A stretch of 61,900 nucleotides of DNA, filler included, from Candidatus Zapsychrus exili (GCA_030765585.1; 7 parts of 7 records of this genome joined end to end with filler, not necessarily neighbours in it); one strand, 5' to 3'. Positions 1 to 9,204 are shown, counted from the whole stretch's first letter. Program-made: numbers and translations. The notes: generated by a model from the sequence alone, not told the origin.

Positions 1-66
1 CATTGCAGGAATCAAGCCTCTAATTCCACCACCATCGATTGATAATATTTTAAATTTTCTACTCAT
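1..66 (-). CDS. Patatin-like phospholipase, N-terminus only (runs off window start)
   Basis: Manual translation from ATG at 66: MSRKFKILSIDGGGIRGLIPAM, containing the patatin ILSIDGGGxRG motif. Not in the ORF track. Confidence 0.8.
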   Translation of the reverse strand, partial: MSRKFKILSIDGGGIRGLIPAM

Positions 67-97
67 ATGAATTTATTTTTCGTATATTTTTTGAACA

Positions 98-127
98 AAC
101 TATTGATAACATATTTTATCAATAGTT
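98..127. promoter_or_regulatory. 12-bp inverted repeat upstream of the patatin gene (operator or terminator)
   Basis: AACTATTGATAA-catatt-TTATCAATAGTT. Confidence 0.4.
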
Positions 128-158
128 GTTTCAGTCTGACATAATTAATGACTCCCAT

Positions 159-1022
159 TTATTTTTCCTGCAAATATTTGCCAACTAAATCCAGAAAGAA
201 TTCCTTACTCCAAACTTCAATGGATGGTCTTTCATAATCGCGAACAAAAGGATAAATATCATTTTTAGCATCATCCCAATTTAAAGATTCGATCTTTTTA
301 CGCAGTTCATCAAAACACCAATTATTAGAAACAATCACACCCTTCTTTTCCCAAGGACCAGATTGATTCAACGCTGAACTTAACAAACCATAATTAACAT
401 CAACACGATTCGTACAAAACCAAATTAAATCATACCAATCACGTCCTTTGATATATTCCCGACATAATAAAGCATGCATTTTCCCTGCGAATAAACTTTC
501 TTTATCATGAACCCGAATAGAAGCCGGAAAAGGAAACGTCAAATATTTAGAAACATACCCGCTTCCTTGCGGCGGATTTGTATCCACCTCCAACTTAATC
601 TTAATTTTCTTCATAGAAGGATTGACCTGAATATAATCAAATTCAAGAATTTTCCCAATAGAATCATCTTTAATAAAAGCCTTCTTTACTACGCTAGTAG
701 CCTTTGACTTATCTGTAATCTCAAACTGATATCCATACGCATCTAATTCACGTACTGCTGCCTGTATATATTTCTCAAGAGAAAAATCAGCACTTTGTTT
801 CATTAAAACAAAATCTAAATCTTCAGAAAAACGATTTGTCCCATGAAAAATTCTTAAAGATGTTCCACCATGAAACTCTGCATATTTAAAAAAGTCTGAC
901 CGCGCAAGCCCTGCTAAAATAACTTCCTGCGTCATTTCTCTAAGAGCGTGTTCTTCCTCTTGCAAATTTTGACAATTATAAGACCTCAATCGATCCTGGA
1001 TAATATCTACACTCATAGACAA
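159..1022 (-). CDS. abiEii: AbiEii-family nucleotidyltransferase toxin (type IV TA / abortive infection)
   Basis: FHGGTSLRIFHG..RFSEDLDF motif, KLEVD, GKMHAL..R..KGRDWYDL; coupled to the upstream gene. Confidence 0.9.
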   Translation of the reverse strand: MSMSVDIIQDRLRSYNCQNLQEEEHALREMTQEVILAGLARSDFFKYAEFHGGTSLRIFHGTNRFSEDLDFVLMKQSADFSLEKYIQAAVRELDAYGYQFEITDKSKATSVVKKAFIKDDSIGKILEFDYIQVNPSMKKIKIKLEVDTNPPQGSGYVSKYLTFPFPASIRVHDKESLFAGKMHALLCREYIKGRDWYDLIWFCTNRVDVNYGLLSSALNQSGPWEKKGVIVSNNWCFDELRKKIESLNWDDAKNDIYPFVRDYERPSIEVWSKEFFLDLVGKYLQEK

Positions 1023-1648
1023 AGCTCCTTTTTTAAACCTCTAATAAAACGCTTAACCCTCTTGCTTTTATAATTCTCTAAAAGCTCATTACACCCCTTA
1101 AGAGAAATTTGTCCTAAAACATCTTCATCAATACGTAAGCTTTGGACAAGCGGAGCAATGGAATTCCAATCTTTCTTATAAACATAGACATAATCACATA
1201 ATGCTTTTAAAGGACTGGCCATAAAAAAAGATTCCTTTAAACTCTCAATTCGTTTGACCTGCCGATAAAAATTATTTAAAGGAACGCAATGATAAACAAA
1301 TGTTCCTAAAACATTTTCATAAGAAACCGAACGCTTCATGCTAGCACAAGTTGTCGAAAAAACACCTTCGGGGATCCATCCATGATAAGATAAAGCTGAT
1401 TCCAGACTCACACATGAAGGACCATATAAAACCTGTGAAATATGCCATAAATTAATTCCATAACGCTGATATTCTTTTGACAAACAATATACGCCACGTT
1501 TCAAACGAATCACATCGCCAGAACTAATAGCCCTCTTCATCAATGAATACTTTGTATCGTTACTATCATTTAATAACGTAGTCACATCAGAATCAACAAA
1601 AACATCTCTTTTTAACTCATTTAAGATTCTTTTAACGATTTTGTTCAA
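1013..1648 (-). CDS. abiEi: AbiEi-family antitoxin / transcriptional regulator
   Basis: RLKRGVY wHTH, YGPSCVSLESALSYHGWIPE, ASPLKALCD; overlaps abiEii start; TTG start with GGAG RBS. Confidence 0.85.
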   Translation of the reverse strand: MNKIVKRILNELKRDVFVDSDVTTLLNDSNDTKYSLMKRAISSGDVIRLKRGVYCLSKEYQRYGINLWHISQVLYGPSCVSLESALSYHGWIPEGVFSTTCASMKRSVSYENVLGTFVYHCVPLNNFYRQVKRIESLKESFFMASPLKALCDYVYVYKKDWNSIAPLVQSLRIDEDVLGQISLKGCNELLENYKSKRVKRFIRGLKKELCL

Positions 1649-1659
1649 TGTAAATCTCC

Positions 1660-1704
1660 ATATTTGTATAAAGCTGTCACTTATTGACAGCTTTATACAA
1701 ATAT
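1660..1704. promoter_or_regulatory. Perfect 20-bp inverted repeat, probable AbiEi autoregulatory operator
   Basis: ATATTTGTATAAAGCTGTCA-cttat-TGACAGCTTTATACAAATAT immediately upstream of abiEi. Confidence 0.75.
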
Positions 1705-1807
1705 AGTATACTTTTATTAATTTGTCAACAAAGAATCAAAACAAAACATACACCCAACTCCGATTTAGAAGTTGAGAAAACATCTAAAAAGAATCTAATT
1801 CTTTTTC

Positions 1808-2266
1808 CTAAGTTTCCACTTTTGTGTATCTTCTCTTAACCATATCCTCAAACTTCTTAAATCTCTCTTTACCTTCTTTGATTCTGCCTGCTTTCTGATC
1901 TTGAGGTACATCTTTTGTTAGAACTAACGTAAGATAGACAAAAGTCTCTAAGGTCTTCTCAAGATGTAGCATTCTTTCATCCATCTTCTCAAAAGTCTTG
2001 AGCATATCTAGTTTGAAGCTATCAAAAGCATGGTGTATTACTTCTTTGGCTACTCTTTTATCCTCGGGTTCAAGAGCATTCATTAAGTTACCATCTTCCA
2101 TCATTCTCATACCATAATCAATCGCACAACTTCTTAAGAATGATCTTGGTTTCATATCATTTTCTTCGCAAAAACGTTCTATGAAATCTTTTTCCTTATC
2201 GTTTAAACGAATCGATACTGTATGTTTTCTTTTATCTTCTTCCTTCATATTGGGCTTTTTAGGCAT
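1808..2266 (-). CDS. Ribbon-helix-helix, MobC-like relaxosome accessory protein
   Basis: HTVSIRLNDKEKDFIERFCEENDMKPRSFLR fits an RHH pattern; overlaps relaxase stop; GGAG RBS before ATG 2266. Confidence 0.55.
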   Translation of the reverse strand: MPKKPNMKEEDKRKHTVSIRLNDKEKDFIERFCEENDMKPRSFLRSCAIDYGMRMMEDGNLMNALEPEDKRVAKEVIHHAFDSFKLDMLKTFEKMDERMLHLEKTLETFVYLTLVLTKDVPQDQKAGRIKEGKERFKKFEDMVKRRYTKVET

Positions 2267-3746
2267 CTTCTCTCCTAAGATCATCTGTTAGTCTTAGACG
2301 TCTTCCTAGCTTTCGTTTAACTTCTTGTTTTAATTCTCTATTGGAACGTTCAACCATAGTCTTAATAAACTCTTTCTGCACTCTAGGCATATCTTTGTTG
2401 ATTATCCATTTATTATTACGCTCTTCACTCTGACGTTCGAATTCTTTATCTATTAAAGTTAAATCTTCTCTTTTTCTTAAATGAGCTAACTTATGATAGT
2501 TATTAAATTCTGTATATTTAATAGTCCTTTTTTCTTTGTCATCAAACTCTTTACCACCAAGCATAATAAAGTCCCCTATTTTTACATCCATTTGATCAAT
2601 AGCTTTTAATACCTTACCACCTGTTCGCATTCTATAAGCTTTACCATCTACTCCTTCTAACATTAAGTATCTAGTATGTCTAAGATCATCTTTAGCGCCA
2701 AATCCAAATACTCTACCAATAGCTTTTTCACCTACAGCAAGTTCCTTTTCCTCAATCTTAAGATCTTTACTTATAATATTCTTACGATGTTCATAGAGAC
2801 TTTTCTGTATATCCCTTGAAAGTTGTTCTCTTTTAAGGATTTCTAAGAAGTTGGTTTTTACTTTATATTCTATAGAACTTGTCTTTGCAGCTAGTCCGCG
2901 CTTAGCTAGAAAATCTAGTCTTTGAGCTAGTTGAAGCTCCTTTGTATACCTGAAGATGTTCTTCTCATCATAGTTTACCTGTAGTTGATTATATTTATCT
3001 ATTCTTCTGTTAATATCTTTATCTATTTCAGTTACGTGGACTTTATATAAGGCCTTCTGACGGCTTTCTAGAATGTCCTTCTTTTGCCTGTAACCTATTG
3101 TCTGCGTGATTATCTCACATGAACGTTGCCTAGCCATCTTCTTCTTATAATTATTGCTTAGAACTAACTCTATGCCCTGTTTGTCAACTCCTCTTATTAC
3201 TATGTGTACATGTGGATGATCAGTGTTTCTATGAACTACTGCTTTCCAATCAAAGTCTATCTTGTTGTCTTTTTGGATGGTTTCCATAAGGTTTCTTGTA
3301 TGTTCTTTGAGGTTAATAACATCTCCCTTTTCAGGACTTACTATAACTTTATGAAGTTTTGCATCACCTGCTTGTTGCCAAGATGCTAAGACTTTATTAA
3401 TTTCTATTTTGTCAGAATCAACATCAAATCCAAATTCTTTAATAACTCCAAGCTCATCCTTCCTAGCTTCTTCTCTCATTAGATATCTTCCATGAGCAGA
3501 CCATTGACCGGAATATTTGTTTGAAATATAAGTAAAATTAACAAAAGATTTTTGGAGGAAATTAGATCCAAAAGCTCTTTTGGAATGAAAAGAATTGGCT
3601 TTAAAAGAACTACGGAGTTGGCTATAAGCCATTGTTAAAGATGATTTTTGGGACTTAGCTTTTGGATATAATCTGCCGCTAAGTCCTTTGAACTTAATGG
3701 TGATTTCATCTTTGTTGATAGAGTCTAGGCTCTTAAATTTGATCAT
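2259..3746 (-). CDS. Conjugative relaxase (MOBP / VirD2-like, DUF3363 type)
   Basis: AHGRYLMRE catalytic Tyr motif, VIVSPE, AVVHRNTDHPHVHIVIRG HUH motif. Confidence 0.88.
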   Translation of the reverse strand: MIKFKSLDSINKDEITIKFKGLSGRLYPKAKSQKSSLTMAYSQLRSSFKANSFHSKRAFGSNFLQKSFVNFTYISNKYSGQWSAHGRYLMREEARKDELGVIKEFGFDVDSDKIEINKVLASWQQAGDAKLHKVIVSPEKGDVINLKEHTRNLMETIQKDNKIDFDWKAVVHRNTDHPHVHIVIRGVDKQGIELVLSNNYKKKMARQRSCEIITQTIGYRQKKDILESRQKALYKVHVTEIDKDINRRIDKYNQLQVNYDEKNIFRYTKELQLAQRLDFLAKRGLAAKTSSIEYKVKTNFLEILKREQLSRDIQKSLYEHRKNIISKDLKIEEKELAVGEKAIGRVFGFGAKDDLRHTRYLMLEGVDGKAYRMRTGGKVLKAIDQMDVKIGDFIMLGGKEFDDKEKRTIKYTEFNNYHKLAHLRKREDLTLIDKEFERQSEERNNKWIINKDMPRVQKEFIKTMVERSNRELKQEVKRKLGRRLRLTDDLRREDA

Positions 3747-3821
3747 TTCTGTGATTCTCCTTTTGTATTAGTGTAACACATTAGAATAGACCTGTCAAAC
3801 TTAAGAACGGGGAAAAGTATT

Positions 3822-3833
3822 CTTTATCTTGCC
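3822..3833 (+). other. Candidate oriT nic site
   Basis: TTTATCTTGCC resembles the MOBP nic consensus YATCYTG|Y and lies ~80 bp upstream of the relaxase start. Confidence 0.35.
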
Positions 3834-4307
3834 TTACGGATTACAAGCCTCTATTTCTTACGAATTATGTTTGCTTTACAGCTTTTACGGATAGATTTTG
3901 GTTGTGCTATTTGACGGGTCTGGTAATGCCATTGGTAGTATGCAGAAACCGTTGGAATGGGGGAAAGTTGCTTTAAAACTTTTACAGTTAATTAAAGCTT
4001 TGCTTGTTGTTAATGGTGTTTCAATGATTTGAGCAAACTAGAAAAACAAAAGATTAACTCCCTCCTCTTGGGCTTCAAAGATAACATTTTTTTATCCTTA
4101 CGCTTCGCTTTGTCTAGGGAGCCGCTGCGCTAGACTCCCTTGCCAACGGCTAACAAAAATGTAGTTTTTTCTTTTGCCAAGAGGGAATGGTTTTTAAGGC
4201 AGGCGGTTCAACAATCAGAAAGTGTAAGGTAGCAGAAAGGAGAATTCCGGTCTGCAAGTATTAAAACCTGGAAAGGGGCAGTTTGCTGCCTCTTCCTTCT
4301 TATCCTC

Positions 4308-4343
4308 AAAAAAAGGAAGCGAAATTAATCGCTTCCTTTTTTT
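4308..4343. terminator. Bidirectional intrinsic terminator
   Basis: AAAAAAAGGAAGCGA-aattaa-TCGCTTCCTTTTTTT, downstream of the Fic operon. Confidence 0.8.
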
Positions 4344-4450
4344 ACTGTAACTTAAACAGATAGTAACCGTTTCTGATCTAACTATTAAAATATATCATAT
4401 GTAAGTAATCAAGACTTTTTAAGCTTAAAGAATCTCTCTAAGATTATTGC

Positions 4451-4684
4451 CTAAAACTTCCTTGCCAATTTTTTATATCCTTCTTTAATAGCTTTAGCAT
4501 AATCTTTTAAAGAAGCAGATTTCTTTGGTAACTTTCTCAAATGCTCACCCAAGTTTAAAGCTGATATTCTCTTCTCCCCTTCATAAGCTTTTTTAAATTC
4601 ATCACTTTTTTGCAATTCTGATTCTATGTGCTGATTAATAGTTTCAGGAACGCTAGTTTCTTTCTTTTTATTTTTCATGAGCAA
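4451..4684 (-). CDS. Small hypothetical protein, possibly antitoxin-like
   Basis: 77-aa ORF overlapping the Fic stop codon. Confidence 0.4.
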   Translation of the reverse strand: MLMKNKKKETSVPETINQHIESELQKSDEFKKAYEGEKRISALNLGEHLRKLPKKSASLKDYAKAIKEGYKKLARKF

Positions 4685-5639
4685 ACCTATATTTTCTCTT
4701 ATTCAATTCCCCGCTCTTTTCTAGAATACCTTTTTCAACAGCAATAGCTAAATCTCTTGTTGCACTTGTTGGCGAAATATTATTATGAACCCCAAGATAA
4801 TCCCCTCTATTAAATTCTTTGTCTCTAAAATGTTCTCTAGCCAAATCTAATCTAATCTCTGTTTGTTGATTTGATGGTCTGACCTGTTTAGTTAGTTCAA
4901 GAGTAGCTTCTTTTATAACCTCCAGCATAAATTGAATAAACGGAGTAGATTCACCCTGTTTTTGAGATTCTTGCAAAGCTAAATAATATTCCATTTGTTT
5001 ACGCTTTATAGCTGTTTCTATTGGAATATAGGCAAAAATCTCACGATAATTATACAACATGACTGATTGCCATAAACGTCCAATGCGTCCGTTACCGTCC
5101 ACGAAAGGATGAATAAATTCAAATTCATAATGAAAGATACTTGATTTAATCAATGGAGTTAAACCTTGTTCATCTTTCATAAAAGAAAAAAGATTGTCCA
5201 TAAGTTCAGGAACCATTGCAAACTTTGGAGCCATATGAACAATCTTGCCCTTAGACCCTACTCCAACATTGACTTTTCTTAATTTGCCAGAATCACCAAT
5301 CAAGCCATCCATCATAATTTTATGAGCATCTAATAATGAGTTTAGGCTTTCCGGCTTATATTTATGTAGCAAATCATAAGCCTTGATAGCATTCTTAACT
5401 TCTAATATATCTTTTTTAGGACCAACAACTTTTTTGTTATTAACAATATCAGTTACTTGGTCTACGCTTAAAGTATTGCCTTCGATTGCAAGACTTGATT
5501 GAATGGTGATAATTTGCGTATGTTTTCTAAGCTGGGGCTTGGGGGTGGGCAAAGCCAACCCCTCATATTTCCCCAACATAAGGAATATATCTTCACATAA
5601 ACTTAGTATTTCTTTTGTAATTGTATATGGTGAATTCAC
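4668..5639 (-). CDS. Fic-family protein (AMP transferase) with C-terminal HTH
   Basis: HPFVDGNGRIGR Fic motif and SSLAIEGN inhibitory motif. Confidence 0.93.
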   Translation of the reverse strand: MNSPYTITKEILSLCEDIFLMLGKYEGLALPTPKPQLRKHTQIITIQSSLAIEGNTLSVDQVTDIVNNKKVVGPKKDILEVKNAIKAYDLLHKYKPESLNSLLDAHKIMMDGLIGDSGKLRKVNVGVGSKGKIVHMAPKFAMVPELMDNLFSFMKDEQGLTPLIKSSIFHYEFEFIHPFVDGNGRIGRLWQSVMLYNYREIFAYIPIETAIKRKQMEYYLALQESQKQGESTPFIQFMLEVIKEATLELTKQVRPSNQQTEIRLDLAREHFRDKEFNRGDYLGVHNNISPTSATRDLAIAVEKGILEKSGELNKRKYRFAHEK

Positions 5640-6232
5640 ACTAAAACCCCTTTTTATTAAACCATCATTGTTAAACCAACATTGTTTGATAAAAGAATAA
5701 CATAGATGACCAAGAAATACAAGATTTAATGGTTTTCTATTTCAGAAGTAATGCTCTTCTCTTCTTCCGTAAACCGCTTTGTTTAACAATATCTCCATTG
5801 TCTGTTTGCATATCATTTGCAACCAACTCAAACAAACTCATATTCCTCCCTTATTTTATAAAAATTAACAAAAACATTTATCTTCTTTGTGCATATTTAT
5901 AAAGAACTATTTTAAAGCCCCTCTTCTTACCATTCAAAAAATTCTAAATACAACACAGAACGACTATACCAGTCTGTCCGTTTTCTTACCTTAATTTCTC
6001 CTTTTAACACTATTTAGCTTAAAGAATTCTTTTTTGCTGGTTTTAGGTAATTGAGCAGTTTTTTGTGTTTAATCGATCTATGGGTCAGTTTGACCTTTAA
6101 AAGGTCAGCTTGACCCTCTTCTACCTTATCTAGCTATATCCCAGATTGCGAAACAAGACTCCTTGTTTCTGTATTCTACTCTTATAAACATTGTTTTTAT
6201 GCTTTGTTTTTCAGTTTTTTAAACGATAACAA

Positions 6233-6265
6233 TACCGTATTACTAACGAATTACTACCGTATTAC
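6233..6265 (+). repeat. Three 11-bp AT-rich tandem repeats next to the iterons (putative unwinding region)
   Basis: TACCGTATTAC TAACGAATTAC TACCGTATTAC. Confidence 0.6.
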
Positions 6266-6283
6266 TATATATAATATGTTTGT

Positions 6284-6360
6284 CCTATGGATAACAAGAT
6301 AAATCCTACGGATAACAGGGTAAACCCTATGGATAACAAGATAAATCCTACGGATAACAA
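6284..6360 (+). repeat. Iterons: 3.7 x 21-bp tandem repeats (putative oriV)
   Basis: CCTATGGATAACAAGATAAAT / CCTACGGATAACAGGGTAAAC / CCTATGGATAACAAGATAAAT / CCTACGGATAACAA; upstream of the rep operon. Confidence 0.85.
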
Positions 6361-6400
6361 TCATTTTCTATGTTCTTGAGCTTGAAAGAACATTTATGTA

Positions 6401-6593
6401 TTTCTGCAATCCAGATATTTATATTTCTGCAGTAGCTATTCAGCATAAATTGTTTGTCAGTAAGTACTTACGTTTTGTTGTCGTATACTTGCAGAAATAC
6501 ATTGTTATTTTCTGCAAGTAGCTCGCAGAAATATGTTCTTTTCTGCAAATACTATTTCTGCAAACAGTTTTAATGCAGAAATGTATTTCTGCA
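6401..6593. repeat. Cluster of TTTCTGCA/TGCAGAAA octamers (centromere-like)
   Basis: 8 exact copies plus 1 variant, both orientations, within ~190 bp. Confidence 0.7.
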
Positions 6594-6628
6594 AAGATAA
6601 AATAATTAAGAAAATAATTAAGTTTATC

Positions 6629-6656
6629 TTGACTTTTATAATAATATATATATAAT
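6629..6656 (+). promoter_or_regulatory. Sigma70-type promoter of the HTH-rep operon
   Basis: TTGACT-N16-TATAAT, ~40 bp before ATG 6697. Confidence 0.6.
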
Positions 6657-6696
6657 AAGATAAGAAAAAAATAAAAATTAAAAAGAGGATTTTAAA

Positions 6697-7557
6697 ATGA
6701 AAGAAAATATTTCAGCATCGATTAATCCAAGGGAAATGGGATACTATTCTTACGAAGAAGCGGCTGGTCTTTTAGCAATTAGTTTGCGATCTGTTGATAC
6801 TTATTGTAAGAAATATAATGTTACTCCTAAAACAGGTATAATTGATAATAGAAAGAAGTTTTTAACAAAAAAAGACATTATTGAAATATTTTTATCAAAC
6901 AACAAGTCCAAAGGTGTTGACAAAGACATTTCTGCAATAGATTGGAATAAAGTTGATGAGCGTATTTCTGCAGAAAGAGAAAGCTTTGCAGAAAATACAA
7001 AAGATAAAATTATTGATGCAGAAACAGCGGATTTCACTATTTTTGCAAATGATGATAATCAAAATAAAGAGTCACACTCTTCCAACGTGCCAGATGCAAA
7101 AAGCCCGGCTCGCTATATGGATGATTTCTTAGGTTTAAAGGAGGCTTCTGGTAAACAAGAAGCAGTCATTGAGTATCAAAGCAAGACTATAAAAACATTG
7201 TCAACTAAGATAAAAACTTCTCGTATATTTATTTGGTTATTTGTCCTTATTTTTCTATCTGCACTTGTTTTTCTTAATTTATATTTAGAGTCCAAAGAAA
7301 GAATGCTTGCAGAAATGAGTGTATTTCTGCAAGAGAAAGAAAAAAAAGAGTATAGCTTAAACGCACAGCTTAAGATTGCAGAAAATACTATAGTTTTTGC
7401 AGAAAAGGAAAAGAGTCACTTGCAGAAGATTAACCAAGAGTATCAAGATATTCTCGAAATTAGGAAAGATAAGTTGCAGAAAATGGAACTAATTCTGCAA
7501 GAACAAGATTTGCCAAATGCGCTAGAGATTACTGAAGAAAATACAAAAAATAATTAA
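6697..7557 (+). CDS. HTH + transmembrane + coiled-coil protein, putative plasmid partition factor
   Basis: N-terminal YYSYEEAAGLLAISLRSVDTYCKK (HTH-like), TM IFIWLFVLIFLSALVFLNLYL, E/K/Q-rich C-terminus; directly upstream of rep. Confidence 0.55.
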   Translation: MKENISASINPREMGYYSYEEAAGLLAISLRSVDTYCKKYNVTPKTGIIDNRKKFLTKKDIIEIFLSNNKSKGVDKDISAIDWNKVDERISAERESFAENTKDKIIDAETADFTIFANDDNQNKESHSSNVPDAKSPARYMDDFLGLKEASGKQEAVIEYQSKTIKTLSTKIKTSRIFIWLFVLIFLSALVFLNLYLESKERMLAEMSVFLQEKEKKEYSLNAQLKIAENTIVFAEKEKSHLQKINQEYQDILEIRKDKLQKMELILQEQDLPNALEITEENTKNN

Positions 7558-7568
7558 AAAAGTGTCCT

Positions 7569-8729
7569 ATGGATAACAAGGAGTTAGTTTTGAGTTCAAC
7601 TGATGTAAAAAAGATTGAGAAGAAATTTAAGACCAGAATGGAAGTAAATTTAGAAAAAATACCGTTTATTTCTTTTTTCAATTACAAAAATAAGAAAAAA
7701 ATAGAGGAAACTATGCGTTCTTCGAAAGGTGGGATACAGGTGTATTCTCAAGATTTGCCTGATGGATCTAAGCGTTCTATTAAGCTAGATGTTTCGATGA
7801 GTTATGGTTTACCTGTCAGTGAAGATCAAGATGTTTGGACGGTTGTTTCACACAAGATTAGTGAATACTGTTTTGAAAAGCAGGTTTGCCCAGAAACAAT
7901 TGAAATTAATATGAACTGTTTTGCAAAAATGATGAAAAAACAAATAACAGGACCATTTTATACAAACTTAGAGAATTCTTTGCATCGTTTGGCTGGTGTA
8001 ACTTTATATCATAATCAATTTATGCAAAAAAAAGAGAACAATAGTAAGTCTAATTTAGAATATGATGCTCAAAAAGGTATAAAAATCATTAATTCTGTTG
8101 CAGTTTTAAAAATAAAGAAAAATGGAAAAAGAATCCAAAATGTTGTTAGGATCGAGTTGCCTGCTTGGATCCGACAAAATTATGAGAATTTCTATACTTC
8201 TTATATAGATATTGATTTATATTTTCGCTTAAAACCAGGAAGAACACGCAGACTTTTTAAGCTTTTAGATGTTTATAGGTATAATCAAGAATATTTTATT
8301 GATTATAATAGATGCGATTCTATATTATTCCTAAGAGATCTTAAACATCGTTCAAAACGGAACGAAAAATTGAAATTAGCTTTAAATGAGCTTAAAAGAT
8401 TTAATTATGTTAAAGATTTTATTTTTGAAGAGTATGGAATAAAGGTATTTTTTAGTACAATTAAAAAAGCTTATAATAAGTCGTTAATGCTCAAGTTAAC
8501 GGAAGCAGACAATGAAACAGTAGATTTCTTAATGACGCATTTCAAAGAGCCAGAATCTAAAGCAATGTTTCGAAATATTGTTAGAGAATATCTACCCGAA
8601 AGTATAGTTCATTGTTTGGATCTCACAGATGAAAGTATTAAATATGAAGGTGTTAAAAAGACAAAAGGGGCAATATTTATGTATCATATTAATAAATATG
8701 GTCGTAAAAAGCAGGCCGTACTTTCATAA
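7569..8729 (+). CDS. Plasmid replication initiator protein (RepA/RPA-like)
   Basis: MEVNLEKIPF and YGLP..EDQDV motifs resembling RPA-type initiators, YFRLK...RRLFKLLD; adjacent iterons. Confidence 0.7.
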   Translation: MDNKELVLSSTDVKKIEKKFKTRMEVNLEKIPFISFFNYKNKKKIEETMRSSKGGIQVYSQDLPDGSKRSIKLDVSMSYGLPVSEDQDVWTVVSHKISEYCFEKQVCPETIEINMNCFAKMMKKQITGPFYTNLENSLHRLAGVTLYHNQFMQKKENNSKSNLEYDAQKGIKIINSVAVLKIKKNGKRIQNVVRIELPAWIRQNYENFYTSYIDIDLYFRLKPGRTRRLFKLLDVYRYNQEYFIDYNRCDSILFLRDLKHRSKRNEKLKLALNELKRFNYVKDFIFEEYGIKVFFSTIKKAYNKSLMLKLTEADNETVDFLMTHFKEPESKAMFRNIVREYLPESIVHCLDLTDESIKYEGVKKTKGAIFMYHINKYGRKKQAVLS

Positions 8730-8799
8730 ATATTAATCCTACCTATGTTTCTGCCAAAATCTTTCTATATATTCCGAAAATAGTAGACTCTATTCTTAA

Positions 8800-8958
8800 A
8801 TGATTGTTTCTAATAAATGTGAAGCTTTTTTAAGTAATGTTGACGAAGGTTTTACAAAAGATAAAACAGATAAAGAATTGTTAGACGAAGCGATGGAAGC
8901 GATGAGAGTTGTTGTAAGGAATGTTGAGCGCATTACGAAGTTAAAAGATTCAGAATAG
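8800..8958 (+). CDS. Small hypothetical protein (52 aa)
   Basis: Manual ORF MIVSNKCEAF...KLKDSE, below the ORF-track cutoff. Confidence 0.3.
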   Translation: MIVSNKCEAFLSNVDEGFTKDKTDKELLDEAMEAMRVVVRNVERITKLKDSE

Positions 8959-9204
8959 TATTTCTCTTGGGAAGTTGAAAAACTTCATAGAGTTATTAAT
9001 GTTGCAAACTTGTTTTTTGTGATTTACTTTCTTTAATTCTTGTAATATAGTATAAAAAGTTAGAGGACAAATCATATTCATTACGGTTGGCGTAGTATGT
9101 AAGTGCAATGCTTACAAAGCAATTAATAACGTAATGGAAGGGGTTTGTCTTTTTTTTGGTTTTAACTAATAAAACTTTTTTATTAAAAGGAATAGAAAAT
9201 GGGA

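Noticed and set aside
6307..6324. 16/18 match to the I-SceI site (TACGGATAACAGGGTAAA vs TAGGGATAACAGGGTAAT)
   Set aside because: It is one variant unit of the iteron array with no vector sequence around it; treated as coincidence.
6284..6360. Short regular repeats as a possible CRISPR array
   Set aside because: Units are head-to-tail 21-mers with no unique spacers and no cas genes; the position next to rep fits iterons.
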